Shown here: positions 45,175 through 56,798 of the stretch, in pieces | Position numbering within the stretch: the stretch's first letter is position 1 | How the letters are laid out: each line of letters starts with the position of its first letter | Source of the DNA: Kiritimatiellia bacterium | GTDB taxonomy: Bacteria; Verrucomicrobiota; Kiritimatiellia; B70-G9 | DNA: 64,000 nucleotides | Assembly (NCBI GenBank): GCA_029934055.1 | Contig: JAOZMZ010000001.1 | Span: forward strand, 7,704 to 71,703 | Reading direction: 5' to 3' | Notes under the pieces: generated by a model | Told to the model about the DNA's origin: nothing | The model's input: only the letters and a program-made list of their open reading frames with translations | Database searches by the model: none | Position numbers and translations under genes: made by a program

Positions 45175-45630
45175 TCAGGCCTTATTCAATCCCTTGAACC
45201 AGTCCTCGGCCCAGCGGCCGACAACGGGGAGAGGTTTCTGTTCCCCCTTGACGGCGTTGATCAGGCCGATGATGTTCAGAACCAGCAGGAAGATCATCAG
45301 CGCCAGCATAAGGATGATGCCTATGCATACCATCATAAGGATTCTGCTGACTACGATGCCGGCCATGCCGACCAGCCAAAGCATCAGATTCTGTTTGGCA
45401 TGGTAGAGGGAGAATTCGTTGTTGCGCATGATCAGGGGAATCAGGAAGAACGGCAGTAGGATGAAGTTCAGCGCGTATGAGAGGATGGCGAAGGTACGAC
45501 CCTCTTCAATCTCGCTGGAGCCGGAGACCGGCGGCGGTGCCGAGGGCTCTTGCGCTGGCGCGGAGGTCTCCGCTTGAGCTTGCTGTTCGTCCGGCTGCTG
45601 ACCGGGGGTGACTTCAGGTTCGTCGGTCAT
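45175..45630 (-). CDS. DUF4870-like small membrane protein with a low-complexity Q/P/E-rich N-terminus
   Basis: 151 aa from the ATG at 45630 (strong GAGGAGG RBS). FAILSYALNFILLPFFLIPLIMRNNEFSLYHAKQNLMLWL and three TM helices. The longer track ORF is rejected. Confidence 0.55.
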   Translation of the reverse strand: MTDEPEVTPGQQPDEQQAQAETSAPAQEPSAPPPVSGSSEIEEGRTFAILSYALNFILLPFFLIPLIMRNNEFSLYHAKQNLMLWLVGMAGIVVSRILMMVCIGIILMLALMIFLLVLNIIGLINAVKGEQKPLPVVGRWAEDWFKGLNKA

Positions 45631-45800
45631 TGCGATCCTCCTCTGTTTTTGTATGTGCCTGTCTGTACATGCCTCTTGAAAGCACATTGCGCACGGAGCA
45701 TCAGGCGGGCTGCGCCGCAGCCGAGTGCCGCGCTCCGATTCAGGGAAGAGTGTACGCGGCCGGTGGAATAAGCGCAAGTCCCCGCCGCCGCTCAATATGG

Positions 45801-49152
<3,352 letters not shown>

Positions 49153-49178
49153 CGACACGCAATCGCTCGCATGGTTTC

Positions 49179-49206
49179 AAGATACGTCACCTGGGCCGAG
49201 TGTCAA
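49179..49206 (-). promoter_or_regulatory. Sigma70-like promoter for the riboswitch-thiC-thiD/E unit
   Basis: Minus strand: TTGACA (49206-49201), 16-nt spacer, TATCTT (49184-49179). About 25 nt upstream of the riboswitch P1. Confidence 0.45.
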
Positions 49207-49265
49207 GGAGGGTTGCACCTCTTGATTTCGAGGGCGTATACTGGAAAACAAGAGAGGAGTGTTCG

Positions 49266-49499
49266 ATGAACCGGTTACTGATCGTTCTCTTGGGCATGAG
49301 CCTGGCGGTTGCGACGGGTTGCGGCCCGGCCTCCGGAGAGCACGGCAAGAAAAGTCGTGCCCGGGCGGCTGTTGACGACGTCGTGGATACCGTGGTGATT
49401 CAGAGGGGTAAGCTCGAGGCGGGCGTCCGTGCGGGTAAAAAAATCCGGGCCATCAGCGCCGAGGAGAAGAAAGACCTCGACGAAGTTATGGGGCAATAG
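49266..49499 (+). CDS. Hypothetical small lipoprotein
   Basis: 77 aa from the ATG at 49266 (AGAGAGGAG RBS). Signal plus lipobox MNRLLIVLLGMSLAVATGC. Confidence 0.55.
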   Translation: MNRLLIVLLGMSLAVATGCGPASGEHGKKSRARAAVDDVVDTVVIQRGKLEAGVRAGKKIRAISAEEKKDLDEVMGQ

Positions 49500-49613
49500 A
49501 GTATCCCATGCAGTCCGAGAGCCGGTGGCTGAGCATACGACCGCGGGCAAGATGCAGGACTTCACTATGGCGGCAAGTGTTCCTGAGGGCCACAAGTGAC
49601 GCTGCGGCACGGT

Positions 49614-50630
49614 TTACGAGGGGGGCGGGGGCGCCCCCGACATTGCAGGCGTTCTCTCATGGATAGTCGGTTCTGAACCGGCGGATGTGGTTTGCGGGAT
49701 GCCTGTGGATGGCGGCGGGGCGATGATCCATTCATCCCGGATGTGAAAATCTGCGGTGCCGTCAGGGGCCTGAACAACACGCACGCGGACATCGTTTCGC
49801 CGGACTTCCACCCAAACGATGGTCTGAAATCCATCGCTTTCCCAATTGTGTCCGGCGTTGCCGACATCTATTTGCCAGAGGCCGCCTGGTTGCTGCGGAT
49901 ACCCCCGGGCCCCCGTCAACGGATCGCGCACGCACATGCGATAGTAGTTGTGGGTGTGTCCACAGAAGAGAACCCGCACACGGTTGAGATTGTCCGTCAA
50001 CATTTTCCAGGTTTCGATTCCGGACTGATCCAATCCGGGCCGTTCATAGCGGTGGCGGGGAAACGCCGGTTCGTGGACGGCGATGAAGACATGGGAGGCG
50101 TTCGTGGCCGAGAGAATGGATTCTTCGACCCAGCGCCGGTGCCATGGTCCCAGCCAGAGCCGGCGCCGGCCGTCGTAGAGATCAACGGCGATCAGGCGCG
50201 TGTTTTTCCAGTCGAAGCAATAGTCGGCATTGTTTGTGCCGGCACGCGTGGTCCAGGGGGCTATCGCGGGAAGCAGGCGGTCAATCAGGTAGTTGCGGTC
50301 GGCCGCCTTTTCGGCGTCATGGTTGCCCATGACAGGCACATAAAGAGGGGCATCGGGCACGTGGCTGAAGACTTCCTTGTAGATGACATGATTGGCGACG
50401 AGCGGGTCGAGGTCTCCGCAGGCGACCACGAAGTCAGCGGGCGGCATGGCGGGGCGGGGATTTGTGCGGCGGTCGCGGATTTCTTCGAGCACGCGGCGGT
50501 AACAGTCATAACGGTCGCGGTTGTCGGCGATCACGGCGAACGCCCAAGGCGCCGTTTCCTCCGCGAACGCCGTGGGAAGGAGGAATGACGCCGACAGCAG
50601 CGTCGCGAGCAAACCGAAATATGCTTTCAT
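49614..50630 (-). CDS. Secreted calcineurin-like metallophosphoesterase
   Basis: Signal peptide MKAYFGLLATLLSASFLLPTAFA. Motifs AVIADNRD, ACGDL, MGNHD, GHTHN. Confidence 0.75.
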   Translation of the reverse strand: MKAYFGLLATLLSASFLLPTAFAEETAPWAFAVIADNRDRYDCYRRVLEEIRDRRTNPRPAMPPADFVVACGDLDPLVANHVIYKEVFSHVPDAPLYVPVMGNHDAEKAADRNYLIDRLLPAIAPWTTRAGTNNADYCFDWKNTRLIAVDLYDGRRRLWLGPWHRRWVEESILSATNASHVFIAVHEPAFPRHRYERPGLDQSGIETWKMLTDNLNRVRVLFCGHTHNYYRMCVRDPLTGARGYPQQPGGLWQIDVGNAGHNWESDGFQTIVWVEVRRNDVRVRVVQAPDGTADFHIRDEWIIAPPPSTGIPQTTSAGSEPTIHERTPAMSGAPPPPS

Positions 50631-50862
50631 GACGCAGAGAGTACACACGGGGGCAGAAACACTGAAGAGTTTTTTTACTTTGCCTTCTGCGCGGCGGGGA
50701 ATGCCCACAACCTTTCGACCCAGGCCGGCCCCGTGGAGTTGGCCGCGGAAGGGGAGAAGCGGGGGGTGATATTTCGGTATGGATGAGTGGACTGAGGCAT
50801 GATCTGTATCTTGGTGCAGGTGGAGCGGTTGGACGGGCCTGATTTATTGTTGAGGGATATTC

Positions 50863-51816
50863 TTGGGCGAGCTGAAAAACACCTTTTCGTGGTCGTTCAG
50901 CGCGGCGGCCGATTTTGAGGTCTGCCGTCGGCGTCGCTATTGGAGTAAGTATGCCATGTGGGGCGGATGGCTGCCGCAGGCTCCGGATGAGGCGCGCCGG
51001 GCGTATCGGCTGAGCAAAATGGAGAATATCTACTCCCTGCAGGGGATTGCGGCTGAAGCCGCGGTCATGTGGACATTGCGGAGGCTTCAGTCGGGGACCG
51101 AGGTGGATGTAGAGGATGCATATCGGGAAGCCGCCCGTCCACTCTTGAACAAGGCCTGGAAAGAATCCCGTGAAGGCAATTGGCGCCAGGACCCGAAACA
51201 TTTTTGCTGCTTGCGGGAACATTACTATCGCCGGTGGGATTCAGCGGGCGAGAAGGAGGCTACCCGGGCCGTTGCGGCGAACGTCCGCCGTTGCGTGGAA
51301 AACTTCATTGTCAAAGTTTGGCCGCGCCTGGAGGGGGTTCGTCCGGCGGACGAGGTCGCGGTGGGGGTGAAAGATGCCGGGGGGGCACTGGAATCTTTCG
51401 AGGTGGACGGGGTGACGGTCTACGCCATTCCGGACTACGTTTATCGGAAAGATGACTTCATGCATATTCACGACTGGAAATCCGGGCGGCCGCGAGTGTC
51501 GCACGAGTTGCAATTGTCGCTCTACGGGCTGTGGGCCAATATTCGTCACGGAGTGGAGGCGGAGCGGATCATAGTCTACATCGAGTATCTTTCCGAAGGG
51601 CGGGTGGCCTTCGGGAGCCTGAAGGAATCGGACCTTGATCAGGTGCGGGCACACATCCGCATGTCGGTTTCCGATATGGCGGCATATCTGGTTGATGGGG
51701 ATATCCGGCGGAATGAGCCGCTTCCGAAGGAAGAATGGGAATTGGCCGCCGATCAGCGGGAGTGCCGCCGGTGCAATTTCTATGAATTGTGCGCTGCAGA
51801 GCTGGAGGGTGGATGA
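50863..51816 (+). CDS. PD-(D/E)XK nuclease family protein with Cas4/AddB-type Cys cluster
   Basis: Core IPDYVY..D..MHIHDWKSG (D...D-x-K). One N-terminal Cys (FEVCRRRRYW) plus C-terminal CRRCNFYELC (C-x2-C-x5-C). TTG start. Confidence 0.6.
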   Translation: MGELKNTFSWSFSAAADFEVCRRRRYWSKYAMWGGWLPQAPDEARRAYRLSKMENIYSLQGIAAEAAVMWTLRRLQSGTEVDVEDAYREAARPLLNKAWKESREGNWRQDPKHFCCLREHYYRRWDSAGEKEATRAVAANVRRCVENFIVKVWPRLEGVRPADEVAVGVKDAGGALESFEVDGVTVYAIPDYVYRKDDFMHIHDWKSGRPRVSHELQLSLYGLWANIRHGVEAERIIVYIEYLSEGRVAFGSLKESDLDQVRAHIRMSVSDMAAYLVDGDIRRNEPLPKEEWELAADQRECRRCNFYELCAAELEGG

Positions 51817-51895
51817 ACGTGGAGGAGCCTTCTCTTGTCTTTTCCTGAGGATGATGCCGCCGCCGGCGTCGTGGCGGAAGGAGGTATGGCACCGT

Positions 51896-52399
51896 ATGCC
51901 GATCTACGAGTACTATTGCCCGCGCTGCAACATGATTTTCAATTTCCTTGCCAGGACCGTCAATCCGCGGCGACAACCGCGTTGTCCGCGTTGCGGCAAG
52001 CCACGCCTGCAACGGGTGATGTCGACCTTTTCAACCATGCGTACTTCCGGGCGGGAAGATGCCGAGAACGGCGATCTGCCGCTGGATGAGGACCGGCTCG
52101 AGCGGGCCGTCTCGGCCCTCGAGAATGAGGTGCAAGGGGTCGACGAAAACGACCCGCGGGCGGCGGCCAGGTTCATGAAACGGTTTTCGGAAGCAACCGG
52201 GCTGGAATTCGGTGAAACCATGCGGGAAATCGTAGGGCGGATGGAGGCGGGCGAGGAGCCGGAGCGTATCGAGGAGGAACTGGGTGATGTCGCGGACTCG
52301 GATGAGGAGCCGTTTGTTATCCCGGAAAAGCGCGGCGGGGCGGGTGTTTCCGGGCGGCGTCCGCCACCGCGCCGAGACGAGACCTTGTATGATCTTTGA
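51896..52399 (+). CDS. FmdB-family (CxxC_CxxC_SSSS) zinc-ribbon protein with acidic C-terminal region
   Basis: MPIYEYYCPRCNMIFNFL...RCPRCG is the FmdB signature. GGAAGGAGG upstream. Confidence 0.7.
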   Translation: MPIYEYYCPRCNMIFNFLARTVNPRRQPRCPRCGKPRLQRVMSTFSTMRTSGREDAENGDLPLDEDRLERAVSALENEVQGVDENDPRAAARFMKRFSEATGLEFGETMREIVGRMEAGEEPERIEEELGDVADSDEEPFVIPEKRGGAGVSGRRPPPRRDETLYDL

Positions 52400-52445
52400 T
52401 TTCGCGTAAATTAATTCAGCACGGTGTCAATACGGAAAGTCGGCG

Positions 52446-53363
52446 ATGAGAAAACTTGTGTGGGCGGCGTTAGTACCGGGTTTGGTCATAGCCGCGGCGG
52501 CCTCCGCACACAAGCCGCGCGTCGCGGCGACGACCAGTATTGTCGGTGATGTCGTTTCCGCGGTGGCTGGTGATCGTGTGAGCTTGACGGTTCTCATCCC
52601 GCGCGGCACCGATCCCCATTCCTACGAGCCCCGTCCGCGCGAGCTGGCCGCAATGGCGGATGCGGATGTTGTCTTCATCAATGGGGCGGGTCTCGAGGCC
52701 TCGATGGATTATCTTCTGAAACAGCCCGAAACCGCGGCCCGCATATGTGACCTTTCTTCCGGGCTGCCACTGCGGCGTTTGGCTTCGACGGAGTTGGGCG
52801 GAAGGCATCATGCCGGTGACATTGACCCGCATGTATGGTTTGATCCTCACAACGTCATGCAATGGACCCGGCGGATTGCGCGCGAACTGGGGAAAATCGA
52901 TCCTGAGCATGCGGCGGCCTATGAGGAGGCGGCGCGGGCCTATATCAGCGAGATTGAAGAGCTGGATGAATGGATCCACCGGCGCGTCGCGGAGCTTCCC
53001 CCGCAGCGCAGGATTCTGGTGACGGATCATGCCGTGCTCGGTTATTTCGCCGAGTGCTACGGCTTTCGTGCGGTAGGAATGGTGATCCCCGCACTGGCGA
53101 CCACGGCATCCCCTTCCGCCGCCGACCTGGCGCGGCTGGAAGACACGCTTCGGAGACTGAAAGTGCCGGCGATTTTCGTGGGTACGACTGTCAATCCGCA
53201 GATTGCCAGTCGCGTGGCGCACGATTCCGGGGCGCGGGTGGTGGAGATTTACACCGGGTCTTTGAGCTCACCGGGTGGGCCTGCGGGGACTTATATTGAT
53301 TTGATGCGCTACGATGTCGGGGTGATTGTGGATGCTTTGCGGGGAGGGTCCGGAGGCCGATGA
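52446..53363 (+). CDS. Metal (Zn/Mn) ABC transporter substrate-binding protein, ZnuA/TroA family
   Basis: Signal peptide; TTSIVGDVV, GTDPHSYEP, DPHVWFDP. Confidence 0.8.
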   Translation: MRKLVWAALVPGLVIAAAASAHKPRVAATTSIVGDVVSAVAGDRVSLTVLIPRGTDPHSYEPRPRELAAMADADVVFINGAGLEASMDYLLKQPETAARICDLSSGLPLRRLASTELGGRHHAGDIDPHVWFDPHNVMQWTRRIARELGKIDPEHAAAYEEAARAYISEIEELDEWIHRRVAELPPQRRILVTDHAVLGYFAECYGFRAVGMVIPALATTASPSAADLARLEDTLRRLKVPAIFVGTTVNPQIASRVAHDSGARVVEIYTGSLSSPGGPAGTYIDLMRYDVGVIVDALRGGSGGR

Positions 53364-54184
53364 AGAGAGGCTGGCGTATAAGCGCGGCTGAAAAGCACGA
53401 TGAGAATGTCCCCTTGTTGTGGATGGACCGCGTCAGCGTGCGTTACGGAGATACCGCGGCGCTCGAGGATGTGTCTTTTTCCGTCGAAAAGGGGGAGCAA
53501 GTCGCCGTGGTTGGGCCCAACGGCGCTGGCAAGAGCACGCTTTTCAAGATAATCGCCGGGGTTTTGGATCCATCCGAAGGGGTGGTGAAGATCGGGGGGT
53601 CGGGCCCCCGCGGGCATGTCTGTGTGGCCTACCTGCCGCAGCGCAATGATGTGGACTGGACTTTCCCCGTTACAGTAGAGGATGTTGTTGCCATGGGTCG
53701 GGTACGGCGCATCGGCTGGTTCCACCGGGCGGCGGCACGGGATCGTCGTATTGTGGCTGACTGTCTGGCGACGGTGGGATTGTCGGATTTGGCCACGCGG
53801 CAGATCGGAATGCTTTCCGGGGGACAGCAGCAAAGGATGTTCATTGCCCGGGCGTTGGCGCAGGAAGCCGAGTTGATGCTGATGGACGAACCCCTGAGCG
53901 GGCTCGATCTGCCGTCGCAGGAAGAGATTTTCGGGGTATTGGAAAAATTGAAAACGCGGGGAGTGACGATCATGATCGCCATGCACGATCTTTCGCTTGC
54001 AGAACGCAATTTCCGGCGGGTCTTTCTCCTCAATCGGCGCCTCGTGGGAGACGGCGCCCCGCGCGAGGTTTTCGTCCCTGAACGCCTGATGGAGGCCTAC
54101 GGCGGGCATTTGCGGATGGTACGGGACGAGTCCGGCGCGCTTGTGGTATCGGATACCTGTTGTGGAGGCGGAATTACACCATGA
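53360..54184 (+). CDS. Metal ABC transporter ATP-binding protein (ZnuC-like)
   Basis: Walker A GPNGAGKST, signature LSGGQQQR, Walker B LMLMDEP. ATGA overlap with the upstream gene. Confidence 0.85.
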   Translation: MKRGWRISAAEKHDENVPLLWMDRVSVRYGDTAALEDVSFSVEKGEQVAVVGPNGAGKSTLFKIIAGVLDPSEGVVKIGGSGPRGHVCVAYLPQRNDVDWTFPVTVEDVVAMGRVRRIGWFHRAAARDRRIVADCLATVGLSDLATRQIGMLSGGQQQRMFIARALAQEAELMLMDEPLSGLDLPSQEEIFGVLEKLKTRGVTIMIAMHDLSLAERNFRRVFLLNRRLVGDGAPREVFVPERLMEAYGGHLRMVRDESGALVVSDTCCGGGITP

Positions 54185-55056
54185 CGGATCTGTTGCACAT
54201 GTTCATGCAGCCGTTTCAATATCCTTTCATGGTGCGGGGGCTTCTCGCGGCTGTGATGGTAGGGGTGATCTGCGCTGTGATCGGAACTTTCGTGGTGTTG
54301 CGTGGACTGGCCTTTTTCGGCGACGCCCTGGCGCACAGCATTCTGCCCGGGCTGGCGGTGGGCTATCTCGTGGCGGGCGGTGCCCGCGGCGTTCTGTTCT
54401 GGTGGGCCCTGGGTACGGCCGTGGCTGCGGCGTTTGGAATCGGTGCTGTCAGCCGCCGTGCGCGGCTCAAGGAAGATACGGCGATCGGTATTATTTTCGC
54501 CGGAATGTTCGCCCTGGGGATAGCCCTGATATCATCGGCGCGTTCATATGCCGTTGACTTGGCGCATTTCCTGTTTGGTGACGTCCTTGGCGTGGGGAAT
54601 GGTGACCTGCTGTTGACGGCGGTTTTCGGCGGGGCGGTGTTGTTTCTTACGGCGCTTTTTTACAAGGAGTTCATCGTTATTTCTTTTGACATGACCTTGG
54701 CCCAGACCTTGCGGCTGCCTTCGCGGGCCTTGCACTACTTGTTACTCGTGATGATAGCCGTCACAATCGTGATTTCCCTGCAGACTGTCGGTGTGGCTCT
54801 GATGCTCGCCATGCTGGTTACGCCGCCGGCGACGGCTTACCTGCTGGTGCGGCGCGTTCCGGCGATGATGGCTGTTGCGGCGATTATCGGGGCCTTTTCC
54901 GGGGCCGCGGGGTTGTATCTCTCCTACTATTTCGGCGTTTCTTCCGGGGCGGCGATCGTCCTGGTCTGTACTGGAATCTTTCTGGTGGTACTCTTGGTCG
55001 CGCCGCGTAACAGGTTGGCGGGCTTTTTCGGTCGCGGCAATCGTTCCGCCGGATGA
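54181..55056 (+). CDS. Metal ABC transporter permease (ZnuB-like)
   Basis: PFMVRGLLAAVMVGVICAVIGTFVVLRGLAFFGDALAHSILPG is typical of the ABC-3 family. ATGA overlap at 54181-54184. Confidence 0.85.
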   Translation: MTDLLHMFMQPFQYPFMVRGLLAAVMVGVICAVIGTFVVLRGLAFFGDALAHSILPGLAVGYLVAGGARGVLFWWALGTAVAAAFGIGAVSRRARLKEDTAIGIIFAGMFALGIALISSARSYAVDLAHFLFGDVLGVGNGDLLLTAVFGGAVLFLTALFYKEFIVISFDMTLAQTLRLPSRALHYLLLVMIAVTIVISLQTVGVALMLAMLVTPPATAYLLVRRVPAMMAVAAIIGAFSGAAGLYLSYYFGVSSGAAIVLVCTGIFLVVLLVAPRNRLAGFFGRGNRSAG

Positions 55057-55068
55057 GGGGATCCGAAA

Positions 55069-55878
55069 ATGGAATGGTTCAGCAGGCTGGCCCCGGTGTG
55101 GCAGGCACTGGCGGGGGCGACGGTGAACTGGTTGCTGACCGCGCTCGGGGCGGGGGTGGTGCTGGTATTCCGTACCGTCAACCGCACCTTGTTGGACGGT
55201 ATGCTGGGATTCGCCGCCGGAGTCATGATTGCCGCCAGTTACTGGTCGTTGTTGGCCCCCGCCATTCAAATGGCTCAGGGGACAGGCGTGCCGGCCTGGA
55301 TTCCTGCGGCGGTTGGCTTTCTCGTGGGGGGCGTTTTCCTTTGGATACTCGACCGGATACTACCGCATTTGCATCCCGGCCTGTCGGCTGAAGAGATCGA
55401 AGGCATCCCCACACGCTGGCGTCGCAGCGTCCTGCTCATCATGGCCGTGACCCTTCATAACATCCCCGAAGGATTGGCGGTCGGGGTGGCTTTCGGCGCC
55501 GTGGCGGCGGGGATACCGGCCGCTACCCTGGCGGGCGCGGTGGCGCTTTCGATCGGCATCGGGATCCAGAACATTCCTGAAGGAACAGCGGTGGCGGCGC
55601 CTTTGCGCCGTGAGGGGTTGAGCCCGTGGAGAAGCTTCTGGTATGGACAGCTTTCCGGGGTGGTTGAACCAATGGCTGCAGTCGTGGGTGCGGTGCTGGT
55701 GGTGGCGATACGTGCGGTGTTGCCTTATGCCCTTGCTTTCGCGGCCGGGGCAATGATTTATGTCGTTGTCGAGGAGTTGATTCCCGAGTCACAGGTGAAC
55801 CGTCATACGCACGTGGCGACCTTCGGCGTCATGGTTGGGTTTGTGGTCATGATGATTCTGGATGTTGCCATGGGATGA
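55069..55878 (+). CDS. ZIP-family divalent metal transporter (ZupT/GufA-like)
   Basis: Two HNIPEG/QNIPEG motifs (LHNIPEGLAVGVAFG; IGIQNIPEGTAVAAPL) and about 8 TM helices. Confidence 0.8.
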   Translation: MEWFSRLAPVWQALAGATVNWLLTALGAGVVLVFRTVNRTLLDGMLGFAAGVMIAASYWSLLAPAIQMAQGTGVPAWIPAAVGFLVGGVFLWILDRILPHLHPGLSAEEIEGIPTRWRRSVLLIMAVTLHNIPEGLAVGVAFGAVAAGIPAATLAGAVALSIGIGIQNIPEGTAVAAPLRREGLSPWRSFWYGQLSGVVEPMAAVVGAVLVVAIRAVLPYALAFAAGAMIYVVVEELIPESQVNRHTHVATFGVMVGFVVMMILDVAMG

Positions 55879-55979
55879 ATGCGGGGGATCATTTCGCCGG
55901 TTGTTGACAGGCGGGGCGGACTGCATCCGCATGGGCACTATGGGAATGTGCCGCCCGCGCGGCAAGCGATTCCCCGCTT

Positions 55980-56666
55980 TCAGCGTGGGGGAGGCCGGCG
56001 ACGGGAAACCCGCAGGGCGTACAATACACAAAAGCCTCCAATCACACTGAGCCCGGTACCCGCTTCCGGAACGGCTCCCTCTCCGAAGTCCAGGTTGTCG
56101 AACCACGATGATCCGCCCTCATACGCTGTACCTTCATAGGCATGCATGCATACCACGCGCACGGTGGCGGCGTTGGCCGGGGCCGTCGCCTGGAAGGCGT
56201 TGTAGCGCCAGGCATCGTCCTGGGGAGTGTCCCAGTTGATGCCCTGATTGGGAGGATTGTAGTTTTCGACGGCTCCCAGATAGTTGCCGGACGAGTCGTA
56301 CCATTCGAGCTTCAGAAAGGCGCGATTGTTGGTCTGCAGGTAGTCAGTGGAAGGGAAGCCGTTGCGCAGGTATCCGCTCAATTGATAAGTCACGCCGGGG
56401 GAACAAGGCAAATCCTGATATACTCCACTGTAGTTGTTTGAACCCGTGAATTGTTGATAGAGCTTGAGAGAGTAGGCGCCTTCCTGGGCGCTCACTGATT
56501 CCACGTGGATATTCCCGTTGTCGCCGAACGCAGTCCAGCCGGTGAGATCGCCGCTTTCGAATCCTGGGTTTACGAGGGACGCGGCAAGTGCGACTCCTGC
56601 CGGCATAACCATCGCAGCCGACAGCCAGCCTGCGAGTCTCGGGCGGATTTCGGCGAGTGCTCTCAC
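55980..56666 (-). CDS. Secreted CBM4/9-like jelly-roll protein with a PEP-CTERM-like C-terminal anchor
   Basis: Signal peptide; NPGFESGDLTGWTAFG is typical of the CBM_4_9 N-terminus. The C-terminus VPEAGTGLSVIGGFCVLYALRVSRRR is a PEP-like motif, a TM helix and a basic tail. GTG start. Confidence 0.6.
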   Translation of the reverse strand: MRALAEIRPRLAGWLSAAMVMPAGVALAASLVNPGFESGDLTGWTAFGDNGNIHVESVSAQEGAYSLKLYQQFTGSNNYSGVYQDLPCSPGVTYQLSGYLRNGFPSTDYLQTNNRAFLKLEWYDSSGNYLGAVENYNPPNQGINWDTPQDDAWRYNAFQATAPANAATVRVVCMHAYEGTAYEGGSSWFDNLDFGEGAVPEAGTGLSVIGGFCVLYALRVSRRRPPPR

Positions 56667-56744
56667 AATAAAAAGCTGTATCCGACACGGCGGGTTGTCA
56701 ACCGGAAAAGGATAAAATTTTCACCCGGCGGCGCCTTGCTGGGG

Positions 56745-56788
56745 CACAAGACAACAACAGGGACGGTCACGGGAGCGATCCTCGTCCC
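56745..56788 (-). terminator. Possible intrinsic terminator after the beta-helix gene
   Basis: Minus strand GGGACG...CGTCCC stem followed by the U-rich CUGUUGUUGUCUUG. The loop is long and the tract imperfect. Confidence 0.3.
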
Positions 56789-56798
56789 AATCCGTGGC

